Origin: Vulcanimicrobiota bacterium
Lineage (GTDB): Bacteria; Vulcanimicrobiota; Vulcanimicrobiia; Vulcanimicrobiales; Vulcanimicrobiaceae
NCBI GenBank assembly: GCA_003135555.1
Contig: PLCF01000072.1
Location: forward strand, 1-64,000
Length of the DNA: 64,000 nt
Direction of reading: 5' to 3'
In this document: piece after piece, positions 31,716 through 40,922 of the stretch
How positions within the stretch are numbered: the stretch's first letter is position 1
How the letters are laid out: every line of letters begins with the position of its first letter
The notes under the pieces: generated by a model
The model's input: only the letters and a program-made list of their open reading frames with translations
What the model was told of the DNA's origin: nothing
Databases searched by the model: none
Translations under genes and position numbers: made by a program

Positions 31716-32288
31716 TTGGCCGCTGTCATCCTGTCACCGCAACCTGTCGAAACGCTGAGGAAGGGGGACCGAACGACGGACGACGAGCCGACGACCCCGA
31801 CTTTCGACGCGCGTGACCTGCGCAGCGCGTTGGGCACCTTTGCGACCGGCGTCGCGATCGTCACGACGCGCGATCCCGAAGGACGGCTCTACGGGCTGAC
31901 CGCGAACTCGTTCAGCTCGGTGTCGCTCGACCCGCCGCTGGTGCTGTGGGGACTCTCCCGAAACGCGCCAAGCCTGCCGGCATTCCGAGCCGCCACGCAC
32001 TTCGGCGTCAACGTGCTGGGCATGGAGCACCGCGAGCTCTCGGTGCGCTTCGCGCGCGGACAGGCCAACAAGTTCGACGGCGTCGGCTACGTGCTCGGTG
32101 AGTACGGCGTCCCGCTGATCGAGGGTGCCGCCGCGCACTTCGAGTGCCGCATCGTCGACCGCTACTACGGCGGCGATCACGAGATCTTCCTCGGCCACGT
32201 CGAACGCTACGCCTACGAGCGCAAGCCGACGCTTCTGTTCTGCCACGGCGCCTATCATCGCGCCCACCCGCTCGACGAGGATGCTTAG
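31716..32288 (+). CDS. Flavin reductase family protein
   Basis: LGTFATGVAIVT, TANSFSSVSLDPPL, GGDHEIF. Start uncertain (TTG 31716 or ACG 31773). Confidence 0.88.
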   Translation: MAAVILSPQPVETLRKGDRTTDDEPTTPTFDARDLRSALGTFATGVAIVTTRDPEGRLYGLTANSFSSVSLDPPLVLWGLSRNAPSLPAFRAATHFGVNVLGMEHRELSVRFARGQANKFDGVGYVLGEYGVPLIEGAAAHFECRIVDRYYGGDHEIFLGHVERYAYERKPTLLFCHGAYHRAHPLDEDA

Positions 32289-32821
32289 CGCGGCGCCGGC
32301 GACGGCTCCGGCGTCGCGGGGAACATGCGTATCACCGGTGACGTCACCGTTCCGCCGGGCGGAATGAAGTCGTGGATCGGGCCGCCGACGGTCCCCAGAC
32401 TGTTCACGTACGCGTAGATGGCGTGCAAGTCGGCGTCGCTGAGCGCTTGGAGGTTCGACCACGGCATCGGCGGATGCACTTCGAACGGCGGCTTGCGCAC
32501 CACGGCCATCCAGCGCGCTTCCGGGACGCGGGTGAAGAACAGGCGCAGGTTGATCGCGTACGACGTGCCCCACGGACCTTGAAAGCCGACGGGATTTCCG
32601 GCCAGGCGCTGCGCCTCGGGGATCTGACCCTTCGCCTGCGCGAACCCCGGCGTATGACACTCGTTGCAGCCGCCGTAATTTACCAAGTACCGTCCCGCCG
32701 CGATCGCGTCGCCGGCGGCAACATGCGGCTCCGTATCGGCGCCGGCGCCGCTGCGCAACCCGACCGGCACGAGCAGCGCGCACCACAGAACGGCGAGGCC
32801 GAGAATCAGCCGCAAGCGCAT
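32285..32821 (-). CDS. Mono-haem cytochrome c
   Basis: GGCNECHTPG haem motif, GPWGTSYAINL, PPMPW; signal peptide. Confidence 0.88.
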   Translation of the reverse strand: MRLRLILGLAVLWCALLVPVGLRSGAGADTEPHVAAGDAIAAGRYLVNYGGCNECHTPGFAQAKGQIPEAQRLAGNPVGFQGPWGTSYAINLRLFFTRVPEARWMAVVRKPPFEVHPPMPWSNLQALSDADLHAIYAYVNSLGTVGGPIHDFIPPGGTVTSPVIRMFPATPEPSPAPR

Positions 32822-32864
32822 GGCAGCTACCTCCGATACGGACTGATCGGCGTGTCCGGAGTGA

Positions 32865-34601
32865 TCACCTGTCCGCGGGGACGATCGGCAGCAGCAGGTA
32901 CGCCGTGCGATCGGCTCCCGCATGGAGCGCGTTCGTGCCGCCGAACACCTGCGCGGGCCGGTCGCGGGGGTCGTCATGCAAGAACGGACCGCTGCCCGTC
33001 ATCTCGTTCTTGAAGTTCGAGAGCCGGCCCCCGGTCGGGCCGGGGTAGACATAATCGCTGCCGCGCACCGTCAACGCGAGACGGTATCCCGCGGGCAGCA
33101 CGATCGACGTCGGCCACAGCTCGACGTCGAGCTGCACCGGCTCGTCGGGCACGAGCGGCTCGGCGGCGGCGTGGGTGTGATGGGGCCGGTACTCGGTCGT
33201 CAGCACCGGATCGAGCGCGCGGTGCGACGCCCGCAGCCAGCCCTGGGCGAGCGGGGTGTGCGGATCGATCGCGCCTTGGAAGACGACCTCCTCGCCGTCG
33301 GGTGCAAAGGCGCGCAGGATGGCGAAGACGTCTGCATCCGGGGTTGTGGAGGACAGAAACAGGCGCGCCGCGAGGGGACCGGTGATCTCGGTCTCGCGCT
33401 CCAGCGCTGCGGCAACGAACGTGACGCCCTCGCCCAGCGCGTTGTACTCGACGCGCGCCGGCTCCGTCGGCGGCTCGGTGCGAAGTGCGCGCCCGTCGAG
33501 ATCGAGGTACAACTTCGTCCACCGCGTACCCTCGAGCGGCCACGCATCCGCGTGACGTTCGACGAACTCGTCGAGCCGGCGCACCTGCAAGCGCACGCGC
33601 GGCCAGTCGCGCAGGCTGTCCTCGTCCTTGAGGTAGTGCGCGAAAAACTGCTTCTGCAGCGCGACGCCGTAGTCGGTGTAGAACTCGGTCCAGTGCTCGA
33701 TCCCGTGCACCTCGAGCCATTTGTCGCGCGACGCCGCGCGCACGAAGCCTTCGAAGTTCCCGCGCGGATGCAACCCTTGGCCGCCCCAGTTCGCCGCGGA
33801 CAAGAACGGGACGACGACGCGCTCCCAGTCCGGCGAGCGGCTGCGGTGATAGTCGTCGTCGAGCGGATGCGCCAGGATGTCGGCGCCGAAATCGGCCCGG
33901 TTGCGCGCCAGGTCCTCATCGGGAAGGGTCTCGGGGCCACAGACGAACTCGCCGGTGACGCGGCTGCGCGGACCGTGCTCGCCCCGACCGTACTGTACGC
34001 TCTTGACCTGCAGGTCGTACCAGTTCTGCGCGAAGGTGCACAGGATGCCGCCGTGGTGGGTGAGATCGCGATAGAAGTCGGCTGCGCCTTCCCACACGCA
34101 CATCGCGGCGAGGTGCGGCGGCTGCAGCGCCGCGACGTACCACTGGTTCATCGCATAGTAGGAGATGCCGTTGAGGCCGACCTTGCCGCTGCTCCACGGC
34201 TGCGAACCGGCCCACTCGATGCACAGCGCCAGATCGCGCGTCTCGCGCGGCGACCACGGATCGAGAAAGCCCGGCGAACGCCCGGCCCCGCGCGAGTCGA
34301 CGCGCACGCACGCGTATCCGGCCGGAACCCACTTCTCGGGATCGACGACCTCCCAGTTCTGGTACCGATTCGTCGAGCCGGCAGTCACGTCGGGATGCTG
34401 CGCGGCCATCCGTTCCCACGCGCTCGGGTAGCCGTCCTGAAATGCGAGCCCTTTGGCGTACGGTCCGTAGCTCAGGATGACGGGGTGCGGGCCGAGCCCG
34501 ACCGGGCGGAAGACGTCGGCGCGCAGCATGATACCGTCGTCCATCCCGATCGGCACGTCCCAGTCGATCTGCATGGCAGGGTCGTCGCGCTCGCGCTCCA
34601 T
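32865..34601 (-). CDS. CocE/NonD family hydrolase
   Basis: LRADVFRP, DSRGAGRSPG, nucleophile GISYY, GWLRASHR. Confidence 0.92.
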   Translation of the reverse strand: MERERDDPAMQIDWDVPIGMDDGIMLRADVFRPVGLGPHPVILSYGPYAKGLAFQDGYPSAWERMAAQHPDVTAGSTNRYQNWEVVDPEKWVPAGYACVRVDSRGAGRSPGFLDPWSPRETRDLALCIEWAGSQPWSSGKVGLNGISYYAMNQWYVAALQPPHLAAMCVWEGAADFYRDLTHHGGILCTFAQNWYDLQVKSVQYGRGEHGPRSRVTGEFVCGPETLPDEDLARNRADFGADILAHPLDDDYHRSRSPDWERVVVPFLSAANWGGQGLHPRGNFEGFVRAASRDKWLEVHGIEHWTEFYTDYGVALQKQFFAHYLKDEDSLRDWPRVRLQVRRLDEFVERHADAWPLEGTRWTKLYLDLDGRALRTEPPTEPARVEYNALGEGVTFVAAALERETEITGPLAARLFLSSTTPDADVFAILRAFAPDGEEVVFQGAIDPHTPLAQGWLRASHRALDPVLTTEYRPHHTHAAAEPLVPDEPVQLDVELWPTSIVLPAGYRLALTVRGSDYVYPGPTGGRLSNFKNEMTGSGPFLHDDPRDRPAQVFGGTNALHAGADRTAYLLLPIVPADR

Positions 34602-34660
34602 ATGTTCATCTACGCGGACGCGGACTGTTCTCCCACCCGCGAACTCGAGGCTCACGCAGC

Positions 34661-36166
34661 ATGACGACGTTGGACGGAACCGCAGTACACGGACATTTCA
34701 TCGACGGGCACGAGCGCGCGAGCGCCGATGGCCGTACGTTCGAAGTCCGCAATCCCGCCAACGGTGAGCTCGTCGCGCGCGTCGCCGAAGGCGGCGCGGC
34801 GGAGATCGGCCTCGCGATCGATGCCGCGAGCGCGGCCTTCGACGCGGGCTGTTGGTCGCGGCTGCCGGTGCGGGAGCGACATCGCATCCTCAACCGGCTC
34901 GCCGACCGGCTTGAAGCCGCGCTGCCGGAGTTGGCCACGCTCGAGTCGACCTGCGTCGGGCGCCCGCTGCGCGAGATGCGGGCCCAGCTCGGGCGCCTCC
35001 CGGAGTTCTACCGCTACTTCGCGGCGGTCGCGCGGACCGCCGAAGACGCCGTGACGCCGTTCGAGGGCGCCTATCTGAACTACGTGCGGCGGGTACCGCT
35101 GGGCGTCGTCGGCCAGCTCACGCCGTGGAACCATCCGCTGCTCATTTTGACCAAGAAGCTCGCGCCGGCGCTCGCGGCCGGAAACTGCGTGGTCGTCAAG
35201 CCGTCCGAGCTCACGCCCCTCACCACGCTCGCGCTGGCGGCGCTCGCGCGCGACGCGGGGTTGCCCGACGGCGTCTTCAACGTCGTCACCGGATTCGGCG
35301 CCGAAGCGGGCGCCGCGCTGTGCACCGATCGGCGGCTGCGTAAGCTCGATCTGACCGGCGGGACCGAGACCGGCCGCGTGGTGGCCAAGCTCGCCGGTGA
35401 AAACCTCATCCGGGTCACCTGCGAGCTGGGCGGCAAAGCGCCGGTGATCGTGCTCCCAGACGCCGACCTCGACCGCGCCGCCGCCGGGGCGACCTTCGCC
35501 GCGTTCATCGCGTCGGGGCAGACCTGCGTCGCCGGAACACGAGTTCTGGTTCATGAAAGTCAAGCCGCCGCGCTGGTCGATCGCATGGTGCGGCGGGCCC
35601 GCGCGATCCGCCTCGGCGACCCGCTCGACCTTGCGACGCAGCTCGGCCCGCTGGTTTCGGCGGCGCAACTCGAGCGCACCGAGCGCTACGTCGAGATCGG
35701 CCGCGCCGCGGGCGCTACCGTGGCCTGCGGCGGACGCCGCCCGGGCGGCGCGCTCGGGTCGGGCTTCTTCTACGAGCCGACCATCTTCGCCGGCGTCCAA
35801 CCGTCGATGCGGATCGCGCAGGACGAGATCTTCGGGCCGGTCACCTGCGTGCTGACGTACCGCGACGACGACGAGGCCGTGCGGATCGCCAACGACATTC
35901 CGTTCGGCCTGGCGGCATCGATCTGGACCGGCGATGCCGCGCGCGGGATGAAGCTCGCCGAACGCTTGGAGTGCGGGGTCATCTGGATCAACGACCACCA
36001 CCGCATCGATCCCGCGCTCCCGTGGGGCGGGATGAAAGACAGCGGGATGGGCCGGGAAGCCGGCCTCGACGGCTACCGCGAGTACACGACGACCAAGAGT
36101 GTGATCGTCAACCTGGACGAGCCGGTCGACTGGTACGCGACCGACGACATCGTGCGGCTCAGCTGA
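34661..36166 (+). CDS. Aldehyde dehydrogenase
   Basis: PWNHP, KPSE, ELGGK, GQTCVA, EIFGPV. Confidence 0.95.
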   Translation: MTTLDGTAVHGHFIDGHERASADGRTFEVRNPANGELVARVAEGGAAEIGLAIDAASAAFDAGCWSRLPVRERHRILNRLADRLEAALPELATLESTCVGRPLREMRAQLGRLPEFYRYFAAVARTAEDAVTPFEGAYLNYVRRVPLGVVGQLTPWNHPLLILTKKLAPALAAGNCVVVKPSELTPLTTLALAALARDAGLPDGVFNVVTGFGAEAGAALCTDRRLRKLDLTGGTETGRVVAKLAGENLIRVTCELGGKAPVIVLPDADLDRAAAGATFAAFIASGQTCVAGTRVLVHESQAAALVDRMVRRARAIRLGDPLDLATQLGPLVSAAQLERTERYVEIGRAAGATVACGGRRPGGALGSGFFYEPTIFAGVQPSMRIAQDEIFGPVTCVLTYRDDDEAVRIANDIPFGLAASIWTGDAARGMKLAERLECGVIWINDHHRIDPALPWGGMKDSGMGREAGLDGYREYTTTKSVIVNLDEPVDWYATDDIVRLS

Positions 36167-36243
36167 GATGGGGGCAACGCACCGGCGCCGCTCCCGGCTT
36201 GCCGCCCGCGAGGAAACGCGCGGGCGCGCGTGAAGAGCCGTCC

Positions 36244-36720
36244 ATGATTCGAGTCGACGTCGCAGAGCTGGCCGAGCGGTTGGAATCCAATGCTGCGGAG
36301 TTGGCCGAGCTCATTGCGTCGTTTCCCGCCCAGTCGCGCTCGGCGCCGCTCGGCGACGAGTTCTCGGCGGTCGAGCACACCTGTCATCTGCGCGACCTCG
36401 AGCGCGACGGATTCACGCCGCGCATACGCAGCGTCATCACCGACAACGATCCGGTGCTGTTCGGTTTCGACGGAGCGGGCGTCGCCGCGGCGGCGGACTA
36501 CCGCTCCGAAAATACCATCACCGCGCTGAACGATTTCCTCGAAGCGCGCAAAGCCAACGTCGACACGTTGCGCGCCCTGCCCGAGGCAGGATTCTCACGC
36601 GTCGGTCACTATGAGGGCAGCGCCCCCATCACCCTTGGCGACGTCGTGGCCGGGATGCTCGATCACGATCGGGACCATCTCGGCCGCCTCCAAACGATGC
36701 TCGCGCAAACCACCGGCTGA
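36244..36720 (+). CDS. DinB family protein
   Basis: EHTCHLRDLE and HDRDH metal-binding His motifs. Confidence 0.85.
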   Translation: MIRVDVAELAERLESNAAELAELIASFPAQSRSAPLGDEFSAVEHTCHLRDLERDGFTPRIRSVITDNDPVLFGFDGAGVAAAADYRSENTITALNDFLEARKANVDTLRALPEAGFSRVGHYEGSAPITLGDVVAGMLDHDRDHLGRLQTMLAQTTG

Positions 36721-36756
36721 CCGTCAAGGGCGGTGTCGTCCAGACCGAAGTGACGG

Positions 36757-37761
36757 TCACCAATTGCAGAATGGCGGAGTGGGCGGCGCCGGGGTCCCTT
36801 TCGGTGCGGGCGTCGCTGCCGGTGGGACCGACGGTGGCGCGGAGCTCGTCTTCGGCGTATTGCCGCAGACCGAATCGAGCTGCTCCTTCATCAAGTGGCC
36901 GATCGCGTCGTCCGCTGCGCGCAGGGCTTGTGACTCGGCGGTGGTTTGGCCGCCGATGGTCGAGCCAAGGCCATTCCCGGCAAACGCGCTGAGCACGTTG
37001 CCTTGCAGGCCCGCCGTGCCCCCGGCATTGAGCACGCTCGATTGCTGCGTCTGCACCGATGCTCGCGCACCGGTCGCCGGGAGCGGCGCGGGCGTCGGAA
37101 ACACCGTCGTCGACGTCGTCTGATACGTCCGTTGCGGTGAAAACGCGAGATAGATCGTCGTCAGCACGGCGAGCGGGAAGAACTCGATCTGCGAGCGCCC
37201 GTACTTCCCGGACGCGACATATGATGCCCACACCACGGATGCCTCACCGCTGATCGCGGCTGGGCCTGGACTGGGGGACGACGCGTCGGGCGCCGGCGAC
37301 GGCGCCAACTTGGGATGACATTCCGCAACGAGGATGCTGAGCGTCACATCGGTCGAGTTACGAAGCAGCGCGATCCAGTTCTCCGTCGAATTCGCGCTCG
37401 ACGGCGGCAACACGATGAATGCCCCCAGCGTATGCGTGGGATCCATTCGGCATTGTTCGAGATAATCGCCAAGCGTCCACTGACCCTCGGGAACGATCCA
37501 CGCATTGGAGCGCACGGGGCCGATATTCTGCTGCCCGTTGTCGTGCAATCGCTTGGCCATGAGCACGGCGATCTTTCCGTTGATCGCGGGGTCGCCGAGC
37601 GCCATCGTGAAGACGACCGGATGATTGAAGGTGATCAACGGCGGCGGCGATTTTTCGACCTGAGCCGACGCGCGCAACGATCCGGTGCCGGCGAGGCCGA
37701 CCACCATCGCCAAAGTACCGACGAGTACGGAAACCGTACGAATCGGAACGATTCGAATCAT
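36757..37761 (-). CDS. Exported hypothetical protein
   Basis: Signal peptide (ASAQ), Pro-rich linkers, GGAG ribosome site. Confidence 0.65.
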   Translation of the reverse strand: MIRIVPIRTVSVLVGTLAMVVGLAGTGSLRASAQVEKSPPPLITFNHPVVFTMALGDPAINGKIAVLMAKRLHDNGQQNIGPVRSNAWIVPEGQWTLGDYLEQCRMDPTHTLGAFIVLPPSSANSTENWIALLRNSTDVTLSILVAECHPKLAPSPAPDASSPSPGPAAISGEASVVWASYVASGKYGRSQIEFFPLAVLTTIYLAFSPQRTYQTTSTTVFPTPAPLPATGARASVQTQQSSVLNAGGTAGLQGNVLSAFAGNGLGSTIGGQTTAESQALRAADDAIGHLMKEQLDSVCGNTPKTSSAPPSVPPAATPAPKGTPAPPTPPFCNW

Positions 37762-37842
37762 CTGTAGCTCCAAGTGCTGGGGCCGCGACGGTTCGTTCGC
37801 CCAACGAAGGAGCCCTTCGCCTCGTTTCCAGCCCTTCGCGGG

Positions 37843-38919
37843 TCACGACATCACGGTGGCGCGTGCGGCTGCTGCCCAGGGGTCGACCAGCAGCTTGATG
37901 TGCGCGGCGCGGCCTTCGAGCAGCGGCACGATCCCGTCCTCGACGAGGCGCTCGAGCGGGATCGCTTGCGGTGCGACGTCTTGCCAGAGGTCGGGCTCCG
38001 ATGCGAGCAGCCGGGCGGCCTCGGGAACGTCGTCGCGGCCGATGAGCGCGTTGGTCCCGACAATCTCGAGCTCTTTGGTCGTCACCCGGCGCAGGTCGAG
38101 CGCGATCGGATGTTTCGCGATCCCGACCTCGACGACGCGGCCGCCGGGTTCGACCGCCGCGACCGCGGCGGCGACCCCCTCGTCCGTTCCGGTGACCTCG
38201 AACACCAGCGCCGGTGCGAAGCCGGCATCGACGGCCGCGGGTGAGAGCATCGTCGCGACCGCCCCGAGCCGCCGCGCGACGGCGAGGCGTTCGGGCGAGA
38301 CGTCGGCGGCGACCACCGCCGCGCCGTGACGCGCGAGCGCAAAGATCAAGAACGAGCCGATCCCGCCCGCGCCGATGACGAGCACGTTCGCGCCCGCACG
38401 CGGGCGCCCGCGGCGCAGCGCGTGGACCGCGATGGCCATCGGCTGCGTCAGCACGGCGGCGTCTGCGCTGAGCCCGAAAGGGGCGGCGCGGAACACGATG
38501 TGCGCAGGGACGCGCACGAACTGCGCCAAGCCGCCGTCGCGGTGCAGCCCGACCGTCGCATACCGGGCGCAGATGCTGGTCCGGCCGGCGCGGCACTGCG
38601 CGCACTCCCCGCACCACAGCGCGGCGCCGGTCACGATCGCGTCGCCCTCGGCGAACCCGTCGACCCCCGCGCCGATCTCGGCGATCGTTCCGGCGAACTC
38701 GTGGCCCGGAATCAACGGACCCTCGTGACCCGTGAGGCCGTGGCGCGCGTGCAGCGGGTACATCTGCGGTCCGGCGAACTCAGCGGCGTCGGTGCCGCAG
38801 ATGCCGTTGGCGTGGACGCGCACGAGCACTTCACCCGGCGCGGGGCGCGGGCGCGGAACCTCTTCGATGCGGATGTCGCGCGGACCGTGGCAGACCGCGG
38901 CGCGCATGGTCGCCGCCAT
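37843..38919 (-). CDS. Zn-dependent alcohol dehydrogenase (butanediol/threonine DH-like)
   Basis: GICGTD, GHEFAG, CGECAQC...C, GAGGIG. Confidence 0.92.
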   Translation of the reverse strand: MAATMRAAVCHGPRDIRIEEVPRPRPAPGEVLVRVHANGICGTDAAEFAGPQMYPLHARHGLTGHEGPLIPGHEFAGTIAEIGAGVDGFAEGDAIVTGAALWCGECAQCRAGRTSICARYATVGLHRDGGLAQFVRVPAHIVFRAAPFGLSADAAVLTQPMAIAVHALRRGRPRAGANVLVIGAGGIGSFLIFALARHGAAVVAADVSPERLAVARRLGAVATMLSPAAVDAGFAPALVFEVTGTDEGVAAAVAAVEPGGRVVEVGIAKHPIALDLRRVTTKELEIVGTNALIGRDDVPEAARLLASEPDLWQDVAPQAIPLERLVEDGIVPLLEGRAAHIKLLVDPWAAAARATVMS

Positions 38920-38978
38920 GGTCCCCGCAGTTACGCGGCGCGGGGGCGGCGGCCTCCGCACGTGGAAGCCGTGCGGTG

Positions 38979-39872
38979 ATGCAGTCTCACGGCCGCACGA
39001 TCTACACGCCGGCCTACGCGCGGCCGGCGCTGGGGCCGTTCCCCGGCGGCGCGCGGCTCGCGCTGCACCTCATCGTCAACGTCGAGGTGTGGGATTACAA
39101 CGCGCCCCTGCCGCGCACGGCGCTACCGCCACCGCTCGGCGGCGGAACCGTGCCCGACGTGCCCAACTTCGCGTGGTATCAGTACGGTCAGCGCGTCGGC
39201 ATCTGGCGGTTGCTCGACACGCTGGGGCGCCACGACGCGCGCGCGACGCTGAGCGTCAACTCCGCCGTGTGCCGGGAGTATCCCGCGATCATCGAGCGCA
39301 CCGTCGCAGCCGGGTGGGAGATGATGCCGCACGGCGTCGTGCAGCGCACGATGGCGACCGTCGACGACGAACGCGCCGTCATCGACGCGGCGCTCGCCGA
39401 ACTCGAAGCCGCCACCGGTACGCGGCCGCGCGGCTGGCTCGGCCCGGCCCTGGTCGAGACGCCGCGAACCTTGGACCTGCTCGGCGCGGCGGGCTTGGAG
39501 TACTGCTGCGACTGGGGGCCGGCCGATGACGTGCCCTACGACCTCGTCGTCGAGGGCGGGCGAATGGTGGCGATTCCGTACCCGGTCGATACGAACGACA
39601 TCGTGGTCTTCGCCGTCGAACACCACTCGGCCGAGGAGCTCTATCATCGCTGCGCGGCCGCGCTCCAGACGCTGCACGCGGAGAGCGCGACGTCACCGCG
39701 CGTATTGGCGATCGCGCTGCATCCGTACCTGACCGGCACCGCACACCGCATCGGCGTGCTGGACCGGATCCTCGAGCTGGCCCGCACACAGTACGGCGCT
39801 TGCATCATGACCGCCGGCGAGCTGCTCGACTGGTACGTCGCCCAGACGCCACAGCCGCAGCGATCAGCGTAG
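38979..39872 (+). CDS. Polysaccharide deacetylase family protein (PuuE-like amidohydrolase)
   Basis: IVNVE, YGQRVGIWRL, PRGWLGP, LHPYLTG. Confidence 0.88.
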   Translation: MQSHGRTIYTPAYARPALGPFPGGARLALHLIVNVEVWDYNAPLPRTALPPPLGGGTVPDVPNFAWYQYGQRVGIWRLLDTLGRHDARATLSVNSAVCREYPAIIERTVAAGWEMMPHGVVQRTMATVDDERAVIDAALAELEAATGTRPRGWLGPALVETPRTLDLLGAAGLEYCCDWGPADDVPYDLVVEGGRMVAIPYPVDTNDIVVFAVEHHSAEELYHRCAAALQTLHAESATSPRVLAIALHPYLTGTAHRIGVLDRILELARTQYGACIMTAGELLDWYVAQTPQPQRSA

Positions 39873-40112
39873 CCCCGAGCTTTCCGGGGCGATCACGTCG
39901 CGCGTCGACCCGAAGATCGCCCACCCGAGAACGGCGAACCACGCTAACACGAACCATCCGAGCCCGAGGTTCAGCACAACAATCGCGACGCGCTGCGGGC
40001 GCCCCAGCGAGGGACGAGCGAGTGCAACGATCGCCGGGAGGAAATAGAGACGTGTCGACAGCTCCCAAGCGACGAACCACACTTCGCGCAGGAACGCCGC
40101 CGCGAACTCCAT
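39864..40112 (-). CDS. Superinfection immunity protein (T4 Imm-like)
   Basis: YFLPAIVA...IVVLNLGLGWFVLAW...WA family signature. Confidence 0.8.
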   Translation of the reverse strand: MEFAAAFLREVWFVAWELSTRLYFLPAIVALARPSLGRPQRVAIVVLNLGLGWFVLAWFAVLGWAIFGSTRDVIAPESSGLR

Positions 40113-40124
40113 CGTGCCGCCGGG

Positions 40125-40883
40125 CTAGTCCCCCAAACGCGGATCGGGAGCACCCAGCGGATCGAGCGGGGCGCCGGGGTCGAGTGGGCTGCGGTCGTCG
40201 GGGTGCGACCCTTTGGGCAGACCCGTAGCCGGGTCGGCGTCGGCGGCGTCGCCGATGGCGCGGCGCGGCGAGGGCGTCCGGTTCTCCGCTACCCGCTCGT
40301 CGGTCTCGGTGCGCTCGGTCGAACGGTCGTCATTCATAGTCGCAGCGTTCCCGTCCCGGCCGCCCTTCAACAGGCTGCTCCAATCCTGGGGCCACCTGCC
40401 GCCGGCATCCGGAATGAAGACGACGCGGACAGCGACGAGTTCATCGACCACGTACCGACCGTATGCGGTGTACTCACCGTCGCCGATGCCGGATGTCGAA
40501 CACGCGCCGTGCGCGCCGATGACGATAGACTCCTCGGAAATATGAGCCTCGTCGATTCCCTCGGCGTCTTCGTAGACGCAGACCGTTGCGGCGTCGACGC
40601 CAATGTCTTCTGAGATCAAGTCCTCGATGAATGCTTCGTCAGAGACTGTGGAGTGTCGGCAGCGCAGCTCTGCGATCCGCGTCCCCCATTCGCCGTATTC
40701 CCCGGTCACGACCTCGACGCCCCAGGTCCCTTTTCGCGCGCGAAGGTCGTACACGGCGCACTCGACTCGCTCGCCGAGATACAACGGATCGGCGATCTGC
40801 AGCGAACCTGACCGCACCTCGAAGCGCCGCTCAGGGCGAAACACCTGGCGCTCTGTGCGCTCGTTTGAATGCTTGTCATCCAT
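40125..40883 (-). CDS. DUF4241-like protein with disordered acidic tail
   Basis: SGSLQIADP, IGVDAAT, SGIGDGEY motifs. Confidence 0.65.
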   Translation of the reverse strand: MDDKHSNERTERQVFRPERRFEVRSGSLQIADPLYLGERVECAVYDLRARKGTWGVEVVTGEYGEWGTRIAELRCRHSTVSDEAFIEDLISEDIGVDAATVCVYEDAEGIDEAHISEESIVIGAHGACSTSGIGDGEYTAYGRYVVDELVAVRVVFIPDAGGRWPQDWSSLLKGGRDGNAATMNDDRSTERTETDERVAENRTPSPRRAIGDAADADPATGLPKGSHPDDRSPLDPGAPLDPLGAPDPRLGD

Positions 40884-40922
40884 GCTCGCATCGTTTCCGC
40901 GGGCCGCGCATCGCCATGACGA

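Noticed and set aside
36205..36246. AGG-n17-GAA-n9-ATG alternative-sigma-like motif, with similar sites upstream of 11114 and 40337
   Set aside because: The motif is too short and the spacing too inconsistent to support without a genome-wide count.
39864..40112. Prophage suggested by the superinfection immunity gene
   Set aside because: There are no structural, integrase or replication genes nearby.
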